DNA from: Thermoplasmatales archaeon
Lineage (GTDB): Archaea > Thermoplasmatota > Thermoplasmata > Thermoplasmatales > GCA-001856825
Assembly (NCBI GenBank): GCA_038728965.1
Contig: JAVYSX010000004.1
Coordinates: 1,309-65,308, forward strand
Direction: 5' to 3'
DNA: 64,000 nt
Shown piece by piece: positions 38,384-48,033 of this stretch; position 1 is the first letter of the stretch; each line of letters begins with the position of its first letter. The notes under the pieces were generated by a model. The model saw only the letters and a program-made list of their open reading frames with translations. It was not told the DNA's origin and searched no databases. Made by a program: the position numbers and the translations under genes.

Positions 38384-38678
38384 CGGCACCGTAAGAAATT
38401 TCATCACCCTGCGGGTGAGCAGAGGGCACCGCATTCATAGTTTCGCTAACGCATCATTTAAAGCGAGTTTAATGGAAAGCAAAAAGGAATTACTTTGCTC
38501 ATTTAGAATGGAACTTAGACTTACCACGGGACCGCCCGCCTATCGTTGTCACGTTCTGATGCATGAGAACAGTTTGCCTGTGAACTTATATAAACTTAAA
38601 ATGGAAGCCCCGAATAAATTGACGCAGCACAGGTCTAGTCAGTTAGAGCTATAATGTTTTCCTTAGTTAAAGGAGATC

Positions 38679-39332
38679 CTAGACGCCAATTTCCCTTACG
38701 CCGCTTTCTCCTGCAACAAGTACAATTTTCTTGCCGCCTAGAAATAGACCAGACTCAACAACACCTGTAATTGCCTTTATCTTTCCTTCAAGTGATAATA
38801 GGTCAAATGGGCCCGCTACTAGGCAGTCACAGATCAGGTTTCCATTATCCGTTACGAAACCCTCCCTGAGCTGGCAGTGAAGACCTAGAAGCTCAAGATT
38901 CTTCATTGTCGTATGATGACCAAAATGAATTATTTCAACTGGTATGCCCCTCTTATCTGCTATCCTTGCTACAAGCTTTTCAGCAGTTACGATAACAAGA
39001 TATTTTTTCGATTTCTTCCACACCATCTTTTCCCTCGTCAGTTGCCCTCCACCGCCTTTTAGGATGTTTAGACCTCCGTCGATCTCATCAGCTCCGTCCA
39101 CCGTTATGTCGATCCAATCAACGTCATCAATATCTACAGTTTTTATTCCAAGTTCTCTTGCGAGATTTTCTGAAGATGTAGAGGTTGCAACTCCTACGAT
39201 CTTCTCCTTTATGGCACTTTTACCAAGTTCCCTTATAAATTCAGATGCTGTAGTCCCCGATCCAAGACCCACCACGTTTCCTTCCCTTATATATTTCAAT
39301 GCCTCCAGAGCAACCTGATGTTTCCCATCCAT
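38679..39332 (-). CDS. rpiA: Ribose-5-phosphate isomerase A
   Basis: GLGSGTT, DGADE, KGGGG..TREK and TDNGN motifs. Confidence 0.96.
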   Translation of the reverse strand: MDGKHQVALEALKYIREGNVVGLGSGTTASEFIRELGKSAIKEKIVGVATSTSSENLARELGIKTVDIDDVDWIDITVDGADEIDGGLNILKGGGGQLTREKMVWKKSKKYLVIVTAEKLVARIADKRGIPVEIIHFGHHTTMKNLELLGLHCQLREGFVTDNGNLICDCLVAGPFDLLSLEGKIKAITGVVESGLFLGGKKIVLVAGESGVREIGV

Positions 39333-39559
39333 CTTGGCACCTTCTGTTTATGCGAATGCATGTGTAAGTTATAATTTTATTCAATGAACAATTTCAACCT
39401 CATATAGGTTCCACCGTACCCCAATCTTCAAAGATAATTCGTTATTCAAGCACCTAAGTAAGCTTATTCGGGGAATTATTTGATGGTATGAAATTTGTTG
39501 AACCTAAAACATTCCCAATTTTCCAGATTTTATTGCAAACAGTCGATCAATTATAGATA

Positions 39560-40420
39560 TCAGTACTTTGGCACGAATTTCTCGTAACCCATTTTCAAGG
39601 TTGTATCGTCTATATGCGTGTATATTTGTGTCGTGCTTATGCTAGAATGCCCCAGAAGAATCTGGATCATTCTGAGGTCCGCACCGTTCCTGAGGAGTGA
39701 AGTTGCAAAAGTATGCCTGAAGGTGTGCGGGGTAATCTTCTTCTGAATTCCGGATCTCCCCCCAATGGATCTAACGATCCTCTCTACCGTGACAGGGGAA
39801 ATTCTCTTGCTTCTTGCAGTAGAAAAGAGAAATTCCCCCTTCTGACCATTCTTTTGGTATGCCAAGTAGGATTTCAGATCCTGGACAACGTCGGTGCTGA
39901 ATACTACTAGTCGATCCTTGTCTCCTTTTCCGTTCCTCACCCTTATGGTCCTTGCGGCTATGTCAACATCACTGAGCTTGAGTGAGCATAGTTCGGATAC
40001 CCTGAGACCTGTGTAAACTAGGAGTTTCACGATAAGTCTTTCCCTTAGATCCTTGCAACTGCCCAGTACAGCTTTCACCTCGTCAACGGTCAGATAATTC
40101 GGAACCTTTTGTGGTCGCTTGGGTGCTTTCAGGCGACCGACACCTTCAATGTTAAGATAATCGATGAGGGACTGGAGCGCCCGGACGTAGAGATAGATCG
40201 TGTTCTTAGAGTACCCCTTCTCGATAGCTAAGTGTTCCTTGAATTTTTCTATATTCTCGATATCCATCCTGCTTATATCGTAATTCACGTACTCAAAAAA
40301 TTGCCTCGCGATATAACTATACATCTTTACAGTATTCCTACTCTTGCCGTTTCCATAGAGCCTGTTCCTAAAATTGTCTGTCATTTCTGAACTTAATATC
40401 AATGCACTTTTTTGGCCCAT
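39560..40420 (-). CDS. xerA: Tyrosine recombinase XerA
   Basis: TGLRVSEL, GKGDKDR, TPHTFRHTFAT and LLGHSSISTTQIYTH motifs; housekeeping context. Confidence 0.9.
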   Translation of the reverse strand: MGQKSALILSSEMTDNFRNRLYGNGKSRNTVKMYSYIARQFFEYVNYDISRMDIENIEKFKEHLAIEKGYSKNTIYLYVRALQSLIDYLNIEGVGRLKAPKRPQKVPNYLTVDEVKAVLGSCKDLRERLIVKLLVYTGLRVSELCSLKLSDVDIAARTIRVRNGKGDKDRLVVFSTDVVQDLKSYLAYQKNGQKGEFLFSTARSKRISPVTVERIVRSIGGRSGIQKKITPHTFRHTFATSLLRNGADLRMIQILLGHSSISTTQIYTHIDDTTLKMGYEKFVPKY

Positions 40421-40471
40421 TGATTTAATAATAATTAAGACAAATATAAGACTTTTGTCCGAAAGAAAAAA

Positions 40472-41644
40472 ATGTTAAGGTTAATGTTTCTCTTAATATT
40501 AGAGAATACAATGGAACTAGATCCTGAGGAACGTCGAAAATTGGATGAGATTCGCAGATTTGCAAGATCTGAGATAAGAGAAGAGGCTGAGATGATAGAT
40601 CTGGATTCGAGATATCCAGAGGAGCTTATCAAAAAGCTTGTTGATATTGGCCTATTCGCATTTTACATACCCAAAGGATACGGTGGTTTTGGATTCTCTC
40701 TGTTTTCGCTGATGGAGTCGATAAGGATCATTTCCCGAGAGTGCGGCTCCACAGCACTTATTCCTGATGTGACAGTCTCGTTATTCGGGGAGCCCATAAT
40801 AAGATACGGCAGCGATTTTCTCAAGAAAAGATATCTGCATAGAATTGCACGGGGCTCTATCGGAGCGCTTGCCATCACTGAACCGGGCGCAGGTTCTGAT
40901 GCGGCTGGTATAAAGACGCAGGCCAGGCGTACTGACGGAGGATATATTTTGAATGGCACAAAAACCTTCATAACAAATGGACTTCAGGCTGAGTTTTTTA
41001 TAGTGTCAGCTATAACGGACAGCAGCAGGAAACACTCAGGGATGACCCTCTTCGTCGTGGATAGGGATAGCGACGGCCTTTCAATAGGTAGGGAGTTTAA
41101 GAAGATGGGAATAAGGGGTACTAGTACAACTGAGGTTATTCTGGAAAATGTCGAGGTAAGAGATAGTCAGGTTCTTGGGCAGGTTAATAGTGGATTCAAG
41201 ATAGAGATGGAAACTCTCGACGTTGGAAGGATTGGGATAGCTGCCCAGGCAATTGGCATTTCGGAAGGTGCATTGATGGATGTCCTGAAGTACGTACGGT
41301 CAACAGGCTCAACCTTGAATGAGGGGTACAGATTTATTTTGGCAGACATGGTCAATCAGCTTCACTCCTCCGTGACGAAGTTCTACCAGGCTGTAGATCA
41401 GGTTATGAAAATGACGGAATCAACGCTTTCTAGCTCTCTGTCAAAACTTCAGGCAGGCGATACTGCTGTCAGCATAACTGAAAGGGCAATAGAGATTTTA
41501 GGTTATAACGCTTTCACAGCTGAATACCCTGTAGAAAGGAGGTTCAGGGAAGCCAAAATAACACAGATCTATGAGGGAACAAATGAGATTCAAAGGGTCA
41601 TTATATCCAGAGAAGTGCTCAGGAACGGCCTTCCGGAATTCTAG
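40472..41644 (+). CDS. Acyl-CoA dehydrogenase (start probably 40511)
   Basis: TEPGAGSD, NGTKTFITNG, KMGIRG and IYEGTNEIQR motifs. Confidence 0.93.
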   Translation: MLRLMFLLILENTMELDPEERRKLDEIRRFARSEIREEAEMIDLDSRYPEELIKKLVDIGLFAFYIPKGYGGFGFSLFSLMESIRIISRECGSTALIPDVTVSLFGEPIIRYGSDFLKKRYLHRIARGSIGALAITEPGAGSDAAGIKTQARRTDGGYILNGTKTFITNGLQAEFFIVSAITDSSRKHSGMTLFVVDRDSDGLSIGREFKKMGIRGTSTTEVILENVEVRDSQVLGQVNSGFKIEMETLDVGRIGIAAQAIGISEGALMDVLKYVRSTGSTLNEGYRFILADMVNQLHSSVTKFYQAVDQVMKMTESTLSSSLSKLQAGDTAVSITERAIEILGYNAFTAEYPVERRFREAKITQIYEGTNEIQRVIISREVLRNGLPEF

Positions 41645-42471
41645 AAGGATTCCTTTATCAATTCATACCTTTCAGTATCTTTCAATTTTGCGACTGGCAT
41701 TTTCGGATCGTGCTCAAATATGAGCGTCCAGGATTCATTCGCCGCTTTGCTCAACAGCTCTTTCTTCTTCTGAAATGATTCCATGGGATAGAGATCGTAG
41801 GCCATTATGTAGGAAGGTTTTACGTGGGCGGATGTCGGTATAAGGTCTCCGAAGTGGCATAGTGTTCTGTTTCCAGCCCTCAGGATCAAGATCTGGTGAC
41901 CTCTAGTGTGCCCTCCTGATTTTATGAGTTCGAGGCCAGGAAATATTTCTTCGTCGCCGTTGACAAGTTCTACCCTGTCATCTAAGTTGACGAAGTTCAG
42001 GTAGTTATAATTTGGTCTCGTCTTCTCATTTGCATTGCGTATTTCATCCATAGTATCGCTCTGCATGTAATATTTGGCGTTTGGGAATGAGGGCACTATC
42101 GCTCCGTGCTGATACATGGTGGACCATCCCGTGTGATCGAGATGCCCGTGAGTTATGATTACGTGGGTAACGTCCTCTCTTTTCACGCGAAGCCTTTCAA
42201 GGTCTTCTATGAGGTTCCGCTCCCTCCTTATTTCATATATATCGAGGAGCTTTGGATCGAACTTGTCTCCCATGCCTAAATCGACAACAGCCGTGTACTT
42301 TCCATATTTTATGAGGAGGACATTCGTCGCAAGAGTTATCCTGTTCCTCTCGTCCGCCTTGAAGAATCTCTCCCAAATGGGTTTCGGTACTACCCCGAAC
42401 ATGGCGCCCCCATCAAGCTTGAAAGTCCCGTCACTGGCCACGCCTATCTTGTAACCGTCAAACTCCATCAA
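41641..42471 (-). CDS. MBL-fold metallo-hydrolase (YtnP-like)
   Basis: LDGGAMFGVVPK, THGHLDH and GGHT.GH motifs. Confidence 0.9.
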   Translation of the reverse strand: MMEFDGYKIGVASDGTFKLDGGAMFGVVPKPIWERFFKADERNRITLATNVLLIKYGKYTAVVDLGMGDKFDPKLLDIYEIRRERNLIEDLERLRVKREDVTHVIITHGHLDHTGWSTMYQHGAIVPSFPNAKYYMQSDTMDEIRNANEKTRPNYNYLNFVNLDDRVELVNGDEEIFPGLELIKSGGHTRGHQILILRAGNRTLCHFGDLIPTSAHVKPSYIMAYDLYPMESFQKKKELLSKAANESWTLIFEHDPKMPVAKLKDTERYELIKESF

Positions 42472-42503
42472 CCTGTCATAGAAGAATTGTATTTATGGGT
42501 ATC

Positions 42504-43427
42504 TCAGCCTACAACATTAGAAAACGCATCCCTTGAACGTACCCTCTTTCCGTCTATCCTCACACCATTTCCGCGTCGCCTGATTTGCGCATAATTCCAG
42601 ACTTTTTTCCTCGCTATGTCCTCAAATTTCTCCTTAAATTTTGGATCCAGCGCAACCACTATTGATCCTGAGGAGCTCGCTGAGAGTCTGACAGATTTTC
42701 CGCCTACGACCCCATCGGCAATGAGATGCATAACGGAACTGTAACTCACATCGAAGCCGCCGCCTATGAGGTAAGATATCTCTTCTAGTCCCCTTATGAG
42801 ACCTCCTTCAGATAGATCGTGAATGTAGTGAACATTTCTTCTGTAAGGTAGCAGGGACTTTACATATTTCTCAATGGAAAGGCCTTCCAGCCCGATCCCG
42901 GATCTGGTGTGTTTCAACCTTTCTTCAAAAAACATCATCTCCTTTCCGATCGTTCCAACGACATAGAAGGCGTCTTGGTTTCCTATCTTAGCGTAACTGA
43001 ACTCCGGTTCTTGAAACCCTATTAGCGCGATGGACCCTGCCACACCAGACCTAATGTTCCTGTATCTTCCTGTATGACCAGACGCTATTCTGACTCCGGC
43101 CTTACTGAGGGCAAGAATCAGAAAATCCACGTATTTCCAGTATTCATCCGCCACATCTGAAGGTTTCTCCAGATCTATCATGGCAAGGTTCGGCATTGTG
43201 CCGGAGGTTAGATAGTCATTCATAGGAAATATTATTGAGAGCCTTGCGTTTTCCAGTGGAGTTAGAAATGAGTAATACACCATAGGTTCAATTTTGAAAA
43301 CGACCGTTTTCCCTCCAAAATTTCCAAACGAAAAATCAGAACCGATGACGTTGGATTCTAGCATCGCGTTCCTGTGAGAGCTGATTATATTTTTCAACCT
43401 ATCGATCTCTATCTTACCGAAACTCAT
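42504..43427 (-). CDS. AIR synthase-related (PurM-like) protein, divergent
   Basis: ND...SG..P, SGHTG.Y and HDLSEGGL motifs. Confidence 0.7.
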   Translation of the reverse strand: MSFGKIEIDRLKNIISSHRNAMLESNVIGSDFSFGNFGGKTVVFKIEPMVYYSFLTPLENARLSIIFPMNDYLTSGTMPNLAMIDLEKPSDVADEYWKYVDFLILALSKAGVRIASGHTGRYRNIRSGVAGSIALIGFQEPEFSYAKIGNQDAFYVVGTIGKEMMFFEERLKHTRSGIGLEGLSIEKYVKSLLPYRRNVHYIHDLSEGGLIRGLEEISYLIGGGFDVSYSSVMHLIADGVVGGKSVRLSASSSGSIVVALDPKFKEKFEDIARKKVWNYAQIRRRGNGVRIDGKRVRSRDAFSNVVG

Positions 43428-43463
43428 CTTTACAAAGTTTATTTTTAATAGGATTTAAATATT

Positions 43464-44459
43464 GTGAGCTGCATGATTGTGAGTCTTGAACCTCCGGACC
43501 GGGGGTCTGCGGTTTCATCTTTAAGGGTTGGGATATCTGATGCCGCTACTCTGGATCGATGGATTTCTAACGGATTCAATGCGGCTATGAGCTATATCTC
43601 GAAGACTGATAGGCTTATGAAAATCCGAGATTCTTCTCTGTTGATGAGGGATGCCAGATCCATAATATTATTCCTATTTAGGTACGGGAGCGGTGCAGCT
43701 CCGACTGAGGGATATGGCAGGATAGCAGCGTATGCCCAGTGGTTTGATTACCACCGGACCCTCAAGGATGGGATCACGAGATATGTAATAGAGAATAGTC
43801 TTTACATTAACAATTTTAAGGTCTATGTGGATACCGGTCCCCTCGAGGAACGTGAGGTCAGCAGGCTGAGCGGACTTGGATGGATAGGGAAAAATTCCAT
43901 GCTAATTAACAGGGTACTTGGTTCATTCACGTTCATAGGGGCTGCTGTGACAGATATAGTAGCTGATACACAAATGTTCCCCCAGCCTGATCTATGCGGC
44001 AGATGCACGAGATGCATTGATAGCTGTCCTACCCATGCAATAATGCAAGACAGGACTGTTGACTCAAACAAGTGTATTTCTTACCATACAATCGAGAATA
44101 GGGGAATCATTCCCGCGAACATCGCCTTAAGGATGAACGATATGATTTTTGGCTGCGATATATGCAATGATGTGTGTCCCTGGAATTCCAATAAAGAAAT
44201 TAAGTCCAATCTCCTCCGTTACGGTAACTTTTCAATGAGGATGAAACTTGAGGAGATGGCATATATAGATCAGGATAGATTCCTAGAAGAGTTCAGGTAC
44301 TCCGCCATAAAGAGGGCAAGGGCAAGAGGGCTGGCTAGGAATGCAGTAGTGGCACTTTTCAACGCCGGAAGATACGACATCGTGAAGGATATTGCTAATA
44401 ATTTTAATGATTTACGGGGGATTCAAGCACGCTTACTTCTAGAGTCTGGTGACGAGTGA
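43464..44459 (+). CDS. queG: Epoxyqueuosine reductase QueG-like protein (cobalamin, 2x[4Fe-4S])
   Basis: GRIAAYA..DYH, VDTGP..ER, GLGWIGKN, CGRCTRCIDSCPT, CISYHTIE and FGCDICNDVCPWN motifs. Confidence 0.88.
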   Translation: MSCMIVSLEPPDRGSAVSSLRVGISDAATLDRWISNGFNAAMSYISKTDRLMKIRDSSLLMRDARSIILFLFRYGSGAAPTEGYGRIAAYAQWFDYHRTLKDGITRYVIENSLYINNFKVYVDTGPLEEREVSRLSGLGWIGKNSMLINRVLGSFTFIGAAVTDIVADTQMFPQPDLCGRCTRCIDSCPTHAIMQDRTVDSNKCISYHTIENRGIIPANIALRMNDMIFGCDICNDVCPWNSNKEIKSNLLRYGNFSMRMKLEEMAYIDQDRFLEEFRYSAIKRARARGLARNAVVALFNAGRYDIVKDIANNFNDLRGIQARLLLESGDE

Positions 44460-44492
44460 CATACAAATAGGTATAAGTGATAAAGATAAGGC

Positions 44493-44819
44493 ATGTACAG
44501 CAGAAAGGTTATAGTCACGAACATCTCCTCGTACAATGACCAGAATTCCAGAACGAGGGGGAGAGAGATTTACCTGGATGAATATGAGCAGGAAAAGGGA
44601 GGAAATGTACAGACATTTACATTCGGCCCTGATTTTATAAACGAGCTTATGAAGGGAATATCACAGGGGATGGGCATACAGACAAGGCCTTTGCAAAAGA
44701 TAATTCTCCGCCTGACGGATGAAGAGTATGAGTCCCTCGGAATAAAGTTCGAAGTGAATGATGTATATTCACTCACATTCGAAGACGGAAAAATAGAGTT
44801 CAAAAGGGAAGGCATATAA
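44493..44819 (+). CDS. Arcadin-1-like protein
   Basis: The C-terminus KIILRLTDEEYESLGIKFEVNDVYSLTFEDGKIEF resembles the arcadin-1 family pattern as recalled; size is similar. Confidence 0.6.
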   Translation: MYSRKVIVTNISSYNDQNSRTRGREIYLDEYEQEKGGNVQTFTFGPDFINELMKGISQGMGIQTRPLQKIILRLTDEEYESLGIKFEVNDVYSLTFEDGKIEFKREGI

Positions 44820-44884
44820 GTGGGGTAATGAGTGCGCGATGATAGTACAAAATGTTTTAATATCCAGTTTTTCATAATTCTGCA

Positions 44885-45430
44885 ATGAAAGACGAAGATC
44901 TGAATAAGCTCGCAACAGCGTTGAATCCGGAGCGTCTGGAAAAGGTTCTGGAGAGAGACAGGGAAGAAGTTGAACTCGAAAAGATGACTGACGAAATCCT
45001 GAGAGAGAAAGAATTTAAGGGCTCTGTAACAAAAGAAATTAGGGAAAGGGCGAGGGAAATTTCCAAAAAATACTATGAAATTGGCAATAAATTGGTGGAG
45101 GACGCACAGTATCCAGAGGCCATAGATATCTACACAAAATCAATAAACATACTCAGGAGAATAAACAGGAGGAAGGCAGTGGACTCTTATTTCAATAGGG
45201 CTATAACACTTGCTATGATGGGATACCCGAAGATGGCTCTGGGCGATCTGAACGAGATTGTAAAGGCAGGAACTCCAAAGCCAGATATATTCTTCGTAAA
45301 GGGGCAAATATTCGAGAGTGCAGGAAGATATAAACTCGCGGAGAAGATGTATGAAAGATGCCTAAAGATAGATCCGGAGTATCGTCGTGCATCTTACAGT
45401 CTTGAGAGACTCAGAGCAACGAGGACGTGA
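44885..45430 (+). CDS. Tetratricopeptide repeat protein
   Basis: About 3 TPR-like units (YYEIGN..., YFNRA..., FFVKG...). Confidence 0.8.
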   Translation: MKDEDLNKLATALNPERLEKVLERDREEVELEKMTDEILREKEFKGSVTKEIRERAREISKKYYEIGNKLVEDAQYPEAIDIYTKSINILRRINRRKAVDSYFNRAITLAMMGYPKMALGDLNEIVKAGTPKPDIFFVKGQIFESAGRYKLAEKMYERCLKIDPEYRRASYSLERLRATRT

Positions 45431-45510
45431 TCTTATTCTGTTTCCCTAGATTGTATGAAGGTGATTTTTAGATTACGTCTTCAATACAGAAATTTTTCCG
45501 TTCAAATAGG

Positions 45511-46713
45511 CTAATAATTTGACATTTCCTCCACTCTCATTATCTCTCTCATCACCGAGGTTGCGTAACTGCCCGGAGGAAGAGTGAAGCTTATTCTTTC
45601 ATCTAGGCACTGAAGGTCTGAAGCCCTTATGTATATGTCCCGCCTCTCGCCTGCTGATTTTAGGCCGAATGGGAGCTTAAAATCCGTCGGTGTAACGTCC
45701 TCTTCCTCCAGTATCTTTTTCTCGATCTCCCCCATCATTCCTGATGAGAATTCCGAATCGTAACCGATGACTGTCCCCGTTGGCGAACCGATCCCTTGAT
45801 TAAATGCGCTTCTTATCCTATCTATGTTCAGGTTACTAACCCTCACGAGCTGCCCGTCCATCCTGTAGATGTCTCCAACTTCTATGCCCCTTGAGAGCCT
45901 GATCCTTTCACTTACCATTTTGTTGAATAGGTAGCCCTGATACGCGTGAACGAACATCGAAACCAAATTCCTAGGGAGCTGCTTCAACGCACCCACGTAA
46001 TTTCCCTCGTTCTCTCTGAGGAACCTTAGAACTTTTATCTCCAGATCCAGGGATTCTGGAAATTCCTCTAGAGCCTTATCTAGGTCCATAGTCTCATAGA
46101 AATCCACCCTGACCCGTGAGAATCTATCATTCCCGGGGTAGCCTACGAACAGCCTTACAGCTTCCATGTAATTCCTTTTCACTATTTCCCTCCCGACTAG
46201 ATGAGTTACGGGCCTAAGCGGCCCAAATCTCTGAGGTCCGTAGAAATTTGGGACTATGCCCGTTTCCTTTAAGCGCAGACAGTTAAGCTTCAACCGATCT
46301 GCGTTGCAATCCCTCACTACTATGGTAAACCTGTTGTAAAGATGAGACCCCAGGAAGAGCGGCTTATCCAGATAGAAATGCTCCAAAATCTCAAAATCAT
46401 CAAGATGTACTTCCCTGTAACTTTTGCCAGGTAAGGAGAAATACTGTATCTTGACGCTTCTCTTATCCTTGGTACCTGAAAAATATACCCTGTCCGGAGA
46501 AACGTGGTATATCCTAGCCAGAAATTTAACCAATCTATTGTGTTCCCAGTTTTTTGCTCTTACCTTTAAGACAAGAACGCTTCCTTCTTCCTTCTTTTCT
46601 ATTGAATCTAGAACCTCCTCAACCGCAAAATCCTCGGGGAAGGCCCTCAGCTTTCCGCCAGAAGGTTCGAGATCATGGTAGAATCCAGATATTCCAACTA
46701 CTGAGAACTCCAT
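45511..46713 (-). CDS. truD: tRNA pseudouridine(13) synthase TruD
   Basis: GTKDKRS, PNFYGPQRFG and F.LPPGSYAT motifs. Confidence 0.95.
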   Translation of the reverse strand: MEFSVVGISGFYHDLEPSGGKLRAFPEDFAVEEVLDSIEKKEEGSVLVLKVRAKNWEHNRLVKFLARIYHVSPDRVYFSGTKDKRSVKIQYFSLPGKSYREVHLDDFEILEHFYLDKPLFLGSHLYNRFTIVVRDCNADRLKLNCLRLKETGIVPNFYGPQRFGPLRPVTHLVGREIVKRNYMEAVRLFVGYPGNDRFSRVRVDFYETMDLDKALEEFPESLDLEIKVLRFLRENEGNYVGALKQLPRNLVSMFVHAYQGYLFNKMVSERIRLSRGIEVGDIYRMDGQLVRVSNLNIDRIRSAFNQGIGSPTGTVIGYDSEFSSGMMGEIEKKILEEEDVTPTDFKLPFGLKSAGERRDIYIRASDLQCLDERISFTLPPGSYATSVMREIMRVEEMSNY

Positions 46714-46761
46714 CTTACTTTTAACGTTATATTAATTAACTTATTTATTCTATCCTATAAA

Positions 46762-47541
46762 ATGTGGGATGGCCTTAAAGGAAACAGAAGGCGCAACGGG
46801 ATCTACGGAACACTCATCGGGATAATAGTAGGTTCGATACTCCTCTATCTTTCCTTTTACATTTCATTTCTCTATCTTCTAATACCTATAATAATTCTCG
46901 TAATATTCCACTACACAAAGCTCTGGAGATTCTCTGACAGAACGTTCTACGGATTCATCACCATAGTGGTTGCATTCTTCATTGCTGTGGCAGGTATATC
47001 CACATCAATAACTGGAGCACCCCACCAGTCCACATTCGTGGTTTCCCAGTCATCATCGACGTACGACGTACATTTCTCCTACGAGAAGGTTAACGGGGAT
47101 TACATATTCAATTTCTCCCTACCTTTGAAAAACGTAACAAACAGCTCCTCTCTTGCACTCCTAGATCTATTTACAAACAAGACTATCATTACGAAAAATA
47201 CAACCCTTTCAACGAACAGCAGCTCTCATTATTATTCGTGGAACGTGGGTCAATTAACCCCGCGGGCATATGTTGTCATTATCAAATTTAACATTCTCCA
47301 GAACAATACGTCCCTGGGAAAGCAGGCTGAATTTCTTGGACCAGTGCTAGTATCCGCAGGCACAGTAATATTATTCCTTTCTGAGAGCCTCATACTCACA
47401 TACCTTCTTGTTACGTTCCTATTTTTCCTAGCATTCGCATTTTTCGCCAGGGCAATAACCACGTCCAGGCAGAGGAAGGGAAAACAGGACGGGGGGAATT
47501 CCCCGCCCTTGGAATCACAGGAGATTCAGAAAAAGAACTAG
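46762..47541 (+). CDS. Hypothetical membrane protein with an extracellular domain
   Basis: 3 N-terminal TM segments, a domain rich in N-x-S/T, and a C-terminal TM. Confidence 0.7.
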   Translation: MWDGLKGNRRRNGIYGTLIGIIVGSILLYLSFYISFLYLLIPIIILVIFHYTKLWRFSDRTFYGFITIVVAFFIAVAGISTSITGAPHQSTFVVSQSSSTYDVHFSYEKVNGDYIFNFSLPLKNVTNSSSLALLDLFTNKTIITKNTTLSTNSSSHYYSWNVGQLTPRAYVVIIKFNILQNNTSLGKQAEFLGPVLVSAGTVILFLSESLILTYLLVTFLFFLAFAFFARAITTSRQRKGKQDGGNSPPLESQEIQKKN

Positions 47542-47987
47542 GTTGATGACTCCAGTTCGCTTATCTTGTCAAGTATTTCATTGGCATGGCCTTTTGGACT
47601 GACCTTTGGAAATTTAAATAAGATTTTCCCGTCCTTCCCTATGATGAATGTGACTCTCTTTGCGGACGAATCTCCTAGGACTCCGTATCTGTTCGCAATT
47701 TCCTTTGACTTGTCGGGGACAAGCGGAAAAGGGAGCTTGTACCTTTCGGCGAATTTTTTATGGGAGTCCTCAGAATCAACACTTATCCCGAATACCTCTA
47801 TCCCCTTGCGCTTGAACTCAGCATAGCTATCTCTAAATTCGCAGGCTTCTGTGGTGCATCCTGGCGTGAAATCTTTCGGGTAGAAATAGACTACAACCAT
47901 TTTTCCCCTGTAATCTAATAGCTTCTTGCCGCTCGTACCTGGGATTTCGAAATCTGGTGCAAGATCGCCTTCTTTTATTTCTGCCAT
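47538..47987 (-). CDS. bcp: Peroxiredoxin, BCP/PrxQ family
   Basis: [16 protein letters not shown] motif. Confidence 0.94.
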   Translation of the reverse strand: MAEIKEGDLAPDFEIPGTSGKKLLDYRGKMVVVYFYPKDFTPGCTTEACEFRDSYAEFKRKGIEVFGISVDSEDSHKKFAERYKLPFPLVPDKSKEIANRYGVLGDSSAKRVTFIIGKDGKILFKFPKVSPKGHANEILDKISELESST

Positions 47988-48033
47988 GGCGATTTAATTC
48001 CGCTAAACTTAAAAACTTTTCCGAGCAATTCCT

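Noticed and set aside
38415-38654. 79-aa ORF between the regulator and rpiA
   Set aside because: No motif, no SD and atypical composition; cannot be supported as a gene.
39560-40420. Tyrosine recombinase as the integrase of a provirus or island
   Set aside because: Flanked by housekeeping genes with no att repeats or cargo; size and motifs fit chromosomal XerA.
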